Positions 1 through 10,950 are shown, counted from the first letter of the whole stretch. The stretch: 63,682 nt of DNA, filler included, from Sphacelaria rigidula (GCA_964200075.2; 9 parts of 9 records of this genome joined end to end with filler, not necessarily neighbours in it); one strand, 5' to 3'. The notes: a model not told the origin generated them from the sequence alone. Made by a program: numbers and translations.

Positions 1-1459
1 AGATTTATTCGGGATATCCCCAGCACATTTGGAATAGTTATCCTGGCGTACTCTCGCGTATTTTCATAAGTCGTGTTTTGGGTGAGATAAAGGGCTCCTA
101 ACAATTCTAACCTCAGAAAATATTTGTGTACCCCTACCGTAGCATCACTCTACCGCAGGTGGCACAAGCACAATATGCGAATGATGACCACTACCACCAT
201 GTGGAGGCAGGCTAGATGATGGCCTTGGGTGTACAAATCCCCCGGATTTTTGTGTACGACTATAACGTGGGACTCTGAAGACTGACTTTTCTGAAAAAAG
301 TCGATGAGAAAAGACGTCCGCCCGAACTTTTTTCAGTGACTTTGTTCGATCCAGAAGAAGCGACCTCACCTCATTTCTGAGATTCAGACTTTCAATTTTG
401 GGACGAAGGAAGAATGGAGATACTACAAAATACGTTTCGGGGCAATGACCTTTTTCTTCATGGCTCAACGGCGTTTTCCTGAAAACTATGTACTGATTAC
501 GGCCACTAACTGACGGAAAAAAAAAATGTCCCAAAAAGGTATTTTTTAGTATACCCCATTCCTCCCCCGCACCAAATTTGAAACTCCAACCCTCAAAATT
601 GAGGTGAGGCGGTGTCTGCAGACCGAACATTCGCGTCTTGGTCGGCACACTTTGTAGCGCATTATTCTCAAATCAAAAATGTGCGGCGGAAAACGGAAAC
701 TACGACCTGATGGATCATGATTTCAACTAACGTCATTCACGGCCTATTAGACAGGTATTCTCATTTTTCGCAGCAGTTTTTCGATCGAAAAATCATGTGG
801 GAAGACATGGCCTGAGAAAATAAAATAAAAACAAGAAGCGAGCAAGGCAGCCTGCCTACCGACAACGACCACCATGCATTCTAACGAGGTAACGCGGTCA
901 CACAAATACAGAGTTGTTTGGGGAGAGCGACATCCCATTGGGCACTAGACGCAGTCGGAAACAGACCTGGGCATTTCAAGGGCCGCAATTGAAACACATG
1001 ACTGGAGGCGTGTCTTGCTAATACATCATTTTTTTCCATAAAAAATGTGCGATGGAAAACAAAACAAAACAGATTTGAGACGTCGGCAATTCATCATGCA
1101 CTCGTGACGTGGACATGAACGACAACTATCAGGCCGGAATTTAGCTTTTGCCACCTCATGTTTTTCGATCGAAAAATGACATGCTGAGACACAGTCTGGA
1201 ACACGTTACACCTACGTCGTACGCAACTCGGCCCGAGCAAACACGCACAGACACCCATAGCACAAGCGCATCACGCCTAGCGGTGATTCTTTCTCATTTA
1301 CACACACACACACACTGTCGTTTGTCTCTTGCGGCGGTATTGGAAGAGAGGCGACTTTATGTGTGTGTGTGTAACAAAAATTCCTCGCGATGGAGTCGTT
1401 GCACGTTTTTGGGCATGTTACACGACACCTGTCTAACAGAAATCATCGTGTCTGATCCG

Positions 1460-1680
1460 AAATTCGACTTGATTGTCGACGAGGGAAACGGATTGCTGAA
1501 CCCCTCCCGCGATAAAAAAGAAAGGCGAGCATCGCAGAAGGAAGGCGGAGAAATGAAACAAGGAAGGGAAAACTCCTGTGTTGCCCTTTCTCCTGGGTGA
1601 CCCCGGCTGATGCGCCCGCAGAAACCGAGAGGTGTAGACCGGCGTCCAGAATATTTTAAAAGGGACGACAGCACACACAC
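1460..1680 (+). mobile_element. 5'-truncated copy of tRNA-derived SINE family A
   Basis: Aligns by eye to the body and 3' end of the 2008-2372 copy (GTCGACGAG...CCCGCGATAAAAAAGAAAGGCGAGCATCGCAGAAGGAAGG...GTAGACCGGCGTCCAGAAT) and ends in a CACACAC tail. Confidence 0.75.
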
Positions 1681-2007
1681 GTTCAACTTCGAACCGATAT
1701 TTTTTGGACAGGGGGGAAACAACAGTAACTAATTTATAGTATTAATTAATTAATTAATCAATTGGTTGGTGGATTGGTTGGATGGTTGAGTTTTATTTCT
1801 TGGACAAGGGAAAGACAAATATATAATACACATGAAGTAAAAAAGAGGGGTTGGATTTCTTGTTTTTGGTTCTTTGGATTATTTTTGGTTTTTGGACAAG
1901 GGGAAGACGAAATATCGCGACGATCGATCAACATGCATCATTCGTTCGCTCGTGTTTTTTCTTGTCTCGATAACACTGACTACAAGCACTGCGCACCTCA
2001 AACCGCC

Positions 2008-2372
2008 GGTCGCCCCGGTGGCTCAGTTGGTCACCTCGTAACCTTCTGCGGGCTGGGTCGTGGGTTCAAGTCTCGGAGCGATCTGGGATTTTTTCTCACC
2101 GGTGCCCAACAGTGGAGCGCGACTATGTCGGGAGTACACAACCTTCAACTCAACGGTCGACGAGAAAAAGGGACTGCTGACCCCTTCTCGCGATAAAAAA
2201 TAAAGGCAAGCACCGCAGGAGGAAGGTGAAGTACTAAAAAAAAATAAAAAATAAAAAAAACTTCAGTGTTGCCCTCCCTCCTGTGTGACCCCGGCTGGTG
2301 CGCCCACATATACCGAAAGATTTAGACCGGCGTCCGGAATAGATGGGGCGTCAACATACACACAACACAACA
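2008..2372 (+). mobile_element. tRNA-derived SINE family A, full length
   Basis: Head GGTCGCCCCGGTGGCTCAGTTGGT (A box) ... GGGTTCAAGTCTC (B box), then a conserved body and CA-rich tail. Further copies at 1460, 5801, 7320(-), 11670 and 13774. Confidence 0.8.
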
Positions 2373-4761
2373 GACCTCATTACACATGAGTGTCTCGAAA
2401 CCACTCGCGGTGGCGGGCAACCTCACACTCGAAGTCACTATGGAATTTACTTCGGTTCGCCTCAGGAATAGCCAGGGAAACTCTCTACGATAACCCCCCC
2501 CCAAATAAATTGGCTGGTTTGGGGAGGCAAAATCTACTCGTAAATCGAAATGAAAGAAGCCGAGCACCACAGGCAGCTGGGAATTCCAAAGCTTGGGTTC
2601 GCTTTCGCCAATGTCGCACATATGAGGCGCTTCATGCAGCCTGAAACAAAACATGAGGCGCTGAATGATCATTTTCTTCGAGACAATTTTGGGCTGTTTT
2701 TTTTTTGGGGGGGGGGGGGCTATCGTTGAAAGTGTCCAGGGTTGATTGATATATGACCAGATTTTGAGTGTCGACACCGACGTTCAGATCTACTATAGTC
2801 GAGAGTTGTGTCAAGATAGAGATGCACAGAATATTTTCTGACTTTTGAAGTGCTGGGAGCCGTCGATCTCATCCGAAAGACGCCTTGTTGAAATATGTGA
2901 AATCACGCCACGACTAACCCTTTTGGAACTTGCGAAAAACAGTAAAATTTCGCATATGCAAGCTTTGGTCACCGGGGAAACGTCACTACTAGTTTCGTGC
3001 CCGATTTTGTCACATGAGTATACTTGAACTTGGAGTGGTGCACCGTTTCAGCGGGCTGCATCATCAACACTTACAGAAAAACAACCATATCTTGCCCAAG
3101 AAAACATCAATCATAAATCGTCACTTTTCTATCAACGGTTCCAAAAGGGTCAAGTTTCCATATGGATTCCGAAACAGGAATATCCCGACCCACATTTCTT
3201 GTGTAGCTCCTAAGTTTAGGAGCCCCTCAACGACAAATATCCGAGCCCAAATGTGCAACTCCTACCGTAGCATTACTCTAGCTTACTGCTAGAGTTGACA
3301 GTCCCGTTCTTGAGGTCCGCCCACGCACACTTTGCCTCGGCATCCTTTACACCCCCTTTTCCGATGGTTCTCGGTTAGCCTTGATTTCGGGTTCGGGTTC
3401 GGGTTCGTGCTGAACCCTCCTCCTTGAAGTGGAGCTTTGCGGTAGTTACTGACTGTACCACAATACGGACGGGGTTGGTCGGATTGAGTCACTCGACAGA
3501 TGAAGACTTGACTTGCTGTACTCTCCGGGAGAGACAGAGGGAGAGAAAAAGAGAGAACGAACTTGAGCATTAAAGGGTACACACGTGAACAAATTAGGGG
3601 GGAAAAATGAAATTTCAACAAAGAGCAAGGGTGTACCCTCCCGGTTCGTACACAAAAAGGGTACTCTCACGGGCTCTCCTTTTTCGCATCGTAGTTAAGC
3701 CTCATACACGTGTGAATAAAAAAAATGGTGAGGCATGCTGCTCAGACACCTTGTCCGTGGGGCTGAGGCGCTGGAACGTGTTCTCGAGGTGTTGCATTAC
3801 CCACGCATTCCCCTATTTTTGTTCGAAAACTATACGGGTATACCCTTCTTGTATAGTGCCATTTTTTTTTTGTCTCGACAAGAAGCGGCCTTATGGCAAA
3901 CAAAAATAGAAATCTGGAAAATTACCTTTCGGAAGCTTCTGCGTCGTTTAAAACCTTGCACAGCGATCCCCCGCAGGTGAACTGAAATGGACTATGCCAC
4001 ATTTGGGGCTCAAAACAGCTCCTTCTTGCTACACAAAACGCCTTTTTTTTCATACAGGCTGGTTCAAGGTGAGTACCCGAAATTTATTCCCCACTAGATA
4101 CAGATCGCAAAATTGACCCAAAAGAAACATAGTTGATATAAGAATGATTCCCACGAGCAGTGTGACATGTCCAGATTTTTTCTTGTGTCCTCTGCCGTGG
4201 TACTGGTAGTGAAAATGCTTCTCGGCCAACCAGCGGTCTTCAAATTGTTCTGAATTTTCATATGCAAAATTTCCGATACAACCTGGGCCCAATCTCATCA
4301 CGAATCAGACCTTAGTAACCACCATCAGCTAGGGAAAGTCACATGAAACACAGATTTGAAAACGGTTCGTGTGGAATCGAGTTAAACCCCCAAAACGTGG
4401 TATTTCGGCGATGTGGGGTTTTTGCGTCGTCGGATTTTTACTGATGATATGAATCGAAGACACAGAAGGCCTCATGACGTTTGCCCATGTACCTTTCGTA
4501 TAAACGCTCCAATTATCCTCAAACTTGGCTGTTTGGTACATATGAGTGCTATAAATGGGAAAACAACGTTGAAAAATATTTCAGCGTTTATCCGCTCTCT
4601 ACCAGCTTCAGGGGGTCCCAGCGTGAAGATTCCCCAGAAGTCGGTACAGATAGCTTCAATATAACAAATTCAAATTTGACTCGTCTCGAAGTGGTTTAAG
4701 GAACATTTTTACTAAGTTTTGCCGCGTAACTCGAACAGCTGATCCCAAACGATCGATTTAA

Positions 4762-4859
4762 CCCTTAGACCGCGAGATTAGTCTTTCTGGATCATGCATA
4801 CTTTTCTTCACTTGAAATTGATGCCAATTCAACAGAAGACTACCCTCGCGGTCTAAGGG
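4762..4859. mobile_element. piggyBac-type MITE (~98 bp)
   Basis: TTAA|CCCTTAGACCGCGAG ... CTCGCGGTCTAAGGG|TTAA: TTAA on both sides and CCC-starting TIRs. A close copy lies in opposite orientation at 21702-21805. Confidence 0.85.
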
Positions 4860-5800
4860 TTAAGCTCAAGCGCACAAGGAGAACGTCGGTAGCATACTAT
4901 AATCAAGTGATCAGGGGGACAATTGAAAGACCCCCTTCATACCGATCCCCCTTCCTGAGATCCCGGGTATCTGGCGAATACTAAAGGCGTAAAGATCCCA
5001 TTCATACAGCCCTTGTGAAAATCTCGAAGCACCAGTATGCAAAAGTTCAGTCTACAACTCCAAATAGCGGCGTGAGCAATCGCCGGGGAGCAAATTCCGA
5101 ATGTCTACCCCGAAGCATGTAGTCATGTGGACGTTTGGCATCTATACAGAAAACTGTCTCGGAAAACCCGTGATGCGTTTTGACCCTGCAGTCTACCACG
5201 TGGAGAGTCAGTATGTGTGCCGCATGTCGTCGCTGGATCGTAGCGGTAAGATACAGTCAGCGTGCCATCACTCTCCACTAAACACAATCTACTCCATGCT
5301 GCTCATGTCTCTGCTTAGTGTTCCACAACAGCACTGAAGACAGCAATGCTGGCAACGCGTGAAGGGTCAGGCAGGCGGCACAGACCACGTGTAGAGCATA
5401 AAGCACGGTGTTTGTGCCCACGTAATCTATGGTTGAATTGCCGTGACCAAAATGAAAAGTACGGCGAAACAGCGAAGCAGTCCACCTGTAGGGGGGAACA
5501 AAGTGGCCACTTTGACAATCGTTATTGGTCAGAATGGTCACTCCGCTCCTCTCGGGCCTCGTTCCTGGCTTAGGATTTTCCGTGGGAAACTTCCAAACAC
5601 ACATGTTTGACTTGGTGAGCATTTCGGCTGTCCTGCGAACAGGCGCCCACCCCTTGCTCAAAAACCACCCCCCCGCGCCCCCTGGAAACCTCCGGATGTC
5701 TCCGGACTGTCAGCTTGTGAAGCTGCTCCGAGGCGACACGTGCCGTCTAAGGTTTAGGCTTGTTTTTTACGGCAGTCACCAATCCATATAAAGCGTTGCC

Positions 5801-5845
5801 GGTCGCCCCGGTGGCTCAGTTGGTATATAGCCCTCGAAACCTTCT
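5801..5845 (+). mobile_element. SINE family A head fragment
   Basis: GGTCGCCCCGGTGGCTCAGTTGGTA...CCTCGAAACCTTCT, followed by unrelated sequence. Confidence 0.65.
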
Positions 5846-6616
5846 ATGATGATGGAGGGTACATCACTGTATTGCTCTGGGGTACCACGGTACGGCGCTG
5901 TACTCGTAGAATGATTCACTGCCTGCCTGCTCTTCGGCTCCACCAGTACCCGATGCCACACCAATGCAGAAAATGGCCGTCCGTGTACAGAACTACTTCA
6001 CAAATCTGTGAGACTAAAAAAATGTACCCACAGATCTGACTTTCGCAAAAATATGAATCCCCCCGATCTTTCCCACATTGGGGTCTCCACGGAATCGGGA
6101 TTCGTCCCCCTGAAAAACTGGACTTGGGCCACTTCCTATGTGTAGGAAAACAAAAAACTTTTTTTTTGTTGAAAACTGCCTTTTTGGTCCTTTTTCCGTC
6201 GGTGTACGCCCGAAAGGAGGGCTTCGACGCATGATGACACCTGCAATTCACTTGCTCTACTCGTCGAAACCGTTCGAGGGCACCTTTGGGCTTCCCAGTA
6301 ATGGCACTTTTTTTTTTGGTCAAACTTGCATTTCCAATCACAAACGGTAAAGCTGCAGAATAAACTGGCAATTTTGCCCCTGATTTTTCAGGGCTTGACC
6401 GTTTGTGAATGAAAGTGCAAGGTTGGTAACAAGAGAAAAGTGCGGCCACGGGAAAGCACGAAGGTGCCGTGGAACGATCTCATCGAACAGAGCACGTCAT
6501 TCCAAGGTGTCAACAGGCGTCTAGCCCTCTCTTTCCGAGCGTACAACGACGGAGAAGGGCCAAAAAAGGCAGTAGTTGACGACAAGATTTTTTCGACACA
6601 ATGAGAGTGCTTTCAA

Positions 6617-6714
6617 CCCTTGTAAAGCGAGCGTAGTTTATCAGGATCATGTATACCTTTTTCAAGTGAGACTGATGCCGATCGAACAGATGACCTACTC
6701 TCGACGTCTAAGGG
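6617..6714. mobile_element. diverged piggyBac-type MITE copy
   Basis: TCAA|CCCTT...GGATCATG...TGATGCC...AACAGA...TCTAAGGG|TTGA, collinear with 4762-4859. Confidence 0.65.
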
Positions 6715-6988
6715 TTGAGCAATGAGGGAGAGCTACAGTAGTCAGCGTCAAAAGTTTGCAGAATCCGTAATTTCTTAGTTTCTCAAAGACCGTCCAAATT
6801 TGTTTTGCTTGACAGCATTCATCACAGTGACTGTTGGATGCAAAAAAATGGGCATCCGGAGATATTTTTCACCTCTTGACAAATATTGAAAAAAAAATCA
6901 TCTGCGATCAATAATAAGGGACTTACGGGCTTGACCGGTATTCGGGGGTCGTGCGAAAATATGACCACAGGCGCTAGCTTTTGGGTGT

Positions 6989-7088
6989 NNNNNNNNNNNN
7001 NNNNNNNNNNNNNNNNNNNNNNNNNNNNNNNNTTAATTAATTAANNNNNNNNNNNNNNNNNNNNNNNNNNNNNNNNNNNNNNNNNNNN
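6989..7088. other. artificial contig linker
   Basis: N44-TTAATTAATTAA-N44 (stops in six frames). Confidence 0.98.
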
Positions 7089-7097
7089 AGAAGGTTT

Positions 7098-7281
7098 CAC
7101 ACCTTGGACAATATATGGTCAATAGTTGCAATAGACAAGAAACGTACTGCATAAAGTATAGGCCTATTGCGGTATTTGTCGGCCGGTATTTGTCGGCCGG
7201 CAATAGTTGCAATAGGCCCATACTTTATGCAGTACATTTCTCGTCTAATGAATCTTTTGACCGTATGTTGTCCAGGGTGTG
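7098..7281. mobile_element. MITE with 8-bp TSD (hAT/P-type), inserted in a minus-strand SINE A head
   Basis: TIR CACACCTTGGACAATATATGGTCAA / TTGACCGTATGTTGTCCAGGGTGTG; exact TSD GAAGGTTT at 7090-7097 and 7282-7289. The flank 7282-7320 is the reverse-complement SINE A head. Confidence 0.85.
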
Positions 7282-7351
7282 GAAGGTTTCGAGGTTACCG
7301 ACTGAGCCACCGGGGCGACCGGATTGCTGTACGTGTACGTACAAGGTAGTA

Positions 7352-8133
7352 TACGTCGATAGCACCACATCCCGTCCGCTCTGTGGAGTTAAGCGGCGTC
7401 GGGTCAGGATAGTACTACAACTATGGGGGACCACGTGGGAAGCCCTGGCGCTGTTCCATTTTTTGTATTGGTTGGTTCTCCATCTAGCGCACCGCGCACA
7501 GTCACTCACCTTGGTCCACCTACCTTCTACCTAGCTGTATGTTCAGTAGATCATCGTAGATCATCGTAGATCATCGTAGATCATCGTAGATCATCGTAGA
7601 TCATCGTAGCTCTTCCCTCCGAAACAGTAGTTTTTAGACCCATATATGCGTGAGTGGGAAAACGAGCCTCTGCTGTCGTTCCAATCGTCTTCACATTTGA
7701 AACCGTTCCGGTATCTGCGCAATACTTCAATACTTCCTCTGTACAACAAGAATAGATCAATACAAAAAAGGAACAGCACCAGGGCTGCTCACGTGGTCCC
7801 CCACCGTAGTACTAGCCTGGCCCGACGCCGCGTAACTTCACAGAACAGACGCGATGTGGTCCTCCAAAATAACAGTTTTTAGACCCATGTATGCGTGGGT
7901 GGGAAAACGAGCCTCTGCTGTTGTTCCAATCATCTTAACATTTGAAACTGTTCCGGTATCAGCGCAGTACTTCAATACTTCCTCTGTACAACAAGAATAG
8001 ATCAATTCAAGAATAGATCAATACTAAAAAGGAACAGCTCCAGGGCTTCCCACGTGGTCCCCCACCGTAGTACTGGCCTGGCCCGACGCCGCTTAACTTC
8101 ACAGAGCGGACGGGATGTGGTGCTATCGACGTG
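7352..8133. repeat. foldback with ~115-bp inverted arms and an internal ~245-bp tandem duplication
   Basis: 7353-7470 is the reverse complement of ~8018-8132 and partly of ~7758-7860; 7615-7860 is duplicated at 7861-8130. Confidence 0.8.
7546..7609 (+). repeat. 10-bp tandem repeat (GTAGATCATC)x6
   Basis: Perfect units, read directly. Confidence 0.95.
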
Positions 8134-8797
8134 GTATGGCCGTTCCTGGGGGAAGACGGCACTGTTGTCATTATATACACAACAAGCGTGTGCGTTCTGC
8201 TGTTTTTTGGCCCATGTCAGTCGCCGTGTTCTCCAATGGTGGCCCTTCACACAGCGGAACAACTACACTTGTGATTTTGGCAGGAAGTCTAAGGATCATA
8301 GCGTGCTTAGATTTGAACATGTGCTCTCTACGACAGTATCGTAGCTGTACTGTATGTAGTTGAAGGATTGATTCGCTTAACTTCACACGGCGGAACAAAT
8401 ACAGTTATGATTTCGCATAAATTTCGATCTCTTTTTGTTCCCATATTAAGCCCTGTAACGAGTTCCCATTTTTCAGGACCCCCTGTTACTAGTTGTGGGC
8501 ATATGGTACGTGAAATGATCACGTGCTATTTGCATTGCAAGTATATACATTCATGTATTTCATGTCTATACATAGGAATGGATGATGATTAGACCTCTGT
8601 AGACAACACAGCCTCGTCCCCAGGAATAGGAGGGTTTAAAAGTGTCGCAATAAATCAAAGCCGGATAAAAACACGTCACAAAACGTTAGCGCTTCGCCGC
8701 TGTGGGTGCGTGCCTCAACTACATGGGTGGTACAGCAATGACACTGTCGTGGAGAGCACAACATGCGCAAATACGACCGCGCTATCCATGCTCCGTC

Positions 8798-9979
8798 TGT
8801 TCAGGAAGCGAACAGTTCGCCAATTGAACCAGTGAGCACTCACTGGTTCAATTGGCAAACTGTTCGCTTCCTGAACAAAAATATATGCTATGTAGTCAGT
8901 CCCGGCATCACACATCAGTGATCTCCTGGGCCCCTTGCCCCTTGCAAGCCTCACTGTTCACATGTCAAACTCATTCCTTCTACAATCGATCATGCCGGGA
9001 CTCGAACCGCATATCTTTTGTTTAGGAAGCGAACAGTTAGTCCATTTGAATCAGTGAGCGCTCACCAAGTGACTCAGTGGTGGAGTTATTTTCAGTTCGT
9101 ATCTTCCGGCGCCTTCTCCGGGTTGCCCCTCGCCAACGCTGCCGAGGTGATCAGGGTGGGCGTAGACGCTGACATCTTTCCACGACAGTGGGAACGACCT
9201 TTCCGCGACGAGGGGAAAGAAGAAGTGATCGCGCCGAGAATCGAACTCGCTCTTTTGTTCACGAAGCAAACAGTTTACCCATTGAACATGTGAGTGGGCG
9301 CTCACTGTCTGGTTCAATGGCCAAATGTCCGTTTGTGGAACAAGAGGTCGAGAGTTCGAGTCTCTATACGATCGATTGTCAGGGGAAATTAAAGTGTGAA
9401 CAGTGAGGCATGCGAGGAGAAAGGGGCCCCGGACATCACTGACGTGCCATGCCGGGACGGACCACACAGCATATCTTTTCTTCAGGAAGCGAACAGTTTT
9501 CCCATTGAAACAGTGAGCACACAGTGAGCGCTCACTGGTTCAATGGGAAAACTGTTCGCTTCACACGCGGCCATTCGGCTACCCCCATAAACAACTCTAT
9601 CGCGATTTTCATCCGCTCGAGGGTAAAGCGACCCTCCGGAGGATAAAAATATCCTCTGAAGGGTATTTCATACTCAGTTCCGGTCACAAAACGAATCCTC
9701 TGAAGGGCATCTGATGCTCCAGTGACTTTTGAGGTCTGAATTCCTCCAGAGTAACAAAAAAGATGGTGCTCTGGAGGGCCGCGCATCCTCCGAGTTTCTC
9801 CAGAGGGTGCGCGGCCCTCCAGGGGTAAAACAAGCCTCTGGAGGCGTTCGATCCCATCCCTCTGGAGGGCCGCGCACCACGCAGAGGCGTTTAATTCCTC
9901 TGGAGGCTCGAAATTTTGACCGGAACAGAGTATTTTTGAGGGTAGCCGAATGGCCGCGTGTGTTCCTGAACACTGAACA
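8798..9979. mobile_element. modular element of palindromic tRNA-like repeats with TGT...ACA ends
   Basis: Palindromes TGTTCAGGAAGCGAACAGTT...CAGTGAGC(G/A)CTCACTG...AACTGTTCGCTTCCTGAACA at 8798-8877, 9019-9065 (half), 9256-9342 and 9479-9972 (interrupted). Spacer 8878-9018 is inverted at 9343-9478. Flanks CCGTC / TCGTC. Removing the block restores an older repeat that is inversely homologous to 8110-8365. Confidence 0.7.
9562..9962. mobile_element. CACAC-terminal MITE with 2-bp TSD (CMC/EnSpm-like), nested in the palindromic element
   Basis: TIR CACACGCGGCCATTCGGCTACCC; TSD TT; many internal CCTC(T/C)GGAGG(G) motifs. Removing it restores AACTGTTCGCTTCCTGAACA. Confidence 0.85.
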
Positions 9980-10531
9980 TCGTCTTTTTGCCCAAAATCA
10001 CATCTGTAATTGTTGCGTAAACTGAAGTGTCACCATAAGAGGTCACTGCGAGCGACACGAGCCAAAAGGCAACATACGGACATTACTGTGCATGCAGTGT
10101 ATACAATCACAATGATGCGCGTGTTCAACAGCGACGGCCATACCTCGTCAATAGCCCTCCATTTGGGATTCCGTGTTAATCCTTGTCACCACCGCATGTG
10201 CTATCATTGCCATTACTGCAACATGTCTACACGAAGACACTCGTTCTAACTGACTTTTCTTGTCTCCCGTGTATGCTTTTGCATTTTATATCGTCCTCTA
10301 GTGGCTGCGACTCGAATGACACGCAAAAAACACCTCCTCCTCTACTCCAACCCCGAGTCATCCAGTGGCGGCGGGGGAAAATGCTATGACCGAATGTTGT
10401 TCGAAAACAGCCGCTCGGGACCTCGCTCGAGACCAGTACAGAGCACCTGAAAATGTACCTTTTTTTGTCAATATTGAGTGACATGTCGATAGCGTAACGA
10501 CGCGTACACTGGAATGACGTGTTCCAGAGAC

Positions 10532-10714
10532 CACCGCGCCCCGGTAATCCAACGGCACAGTCAAGACTACTTACCAGGTCGGATAACGTGAGTTCGATTC
10601 CCGCTAAATGGGTTCCGTTTGGATTTTTATCCGCCAAGTGTCTGATGTCCCTCATTGAAAACATGATGACCTGAGTAATAGTAGCAGCAATACTGTGTTT
10701 AGAGCTGAAATAAC

Positions 10715-10789
<75 letters not shown>

Positions 10790-10950
10790 GCTGAGTTTGC
10801 TTGACAGAGAGTTGTCGCCGTGCGGGTGTGCTGATGGTCATTATCCAATCCGTGGGACCAAAAATGCAAGGGGTGTACCCGAACTTGGGGAGATATCTTT
10901 CAACCCCTCGAGACAATGGACTCGTCCGGAGGAAGGGGATGAGTTAGAAG
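10532..10950 (+). mobile_element. tRNA-headed SINE (different head, shared core) with internal (AAT)n expansion
   Basis: Head CCGCGCCCCGGTAATCCAACGG ... GAGTTCGATTCCC; core GAGTTGTCGCCGTGCGGG...CCAATCCGTGGG; 3' block GGACTCGTCCGGAGGAAGGGG shared with 38297-38354(-) and 55915-55970. Confidence 0.6.
10709..10788 (+). repeat. (AAT)n microsatellite
   Basis: About 26 units; explains the poly-I and poly-Y ORFs. Confidence 0.97.

Noticed and set aside
1741-1760. TTAATTAATTAA as a hidden contig linker
   Set aside because: No flanking Ns and the contig length fits the sorted series; reads as a natural (ATTA)n run next to (TTGG)n.
2008-2085. Functional tRNA genes (also 10532, 11670, 13774, 29578, 38580)
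   Set aside because: A/B boxes are present but D and anticodon arms are broken, and each continues into a shared repeat body, so these are SINE heads.
7349-8136. CACTA-like element with GTA TSD
   Set aside because: Homology at the right end continues past the supposed terminus (matches 10020-10165 inverted), so the 3-bp TSD may be chance; kept only as a foldback.
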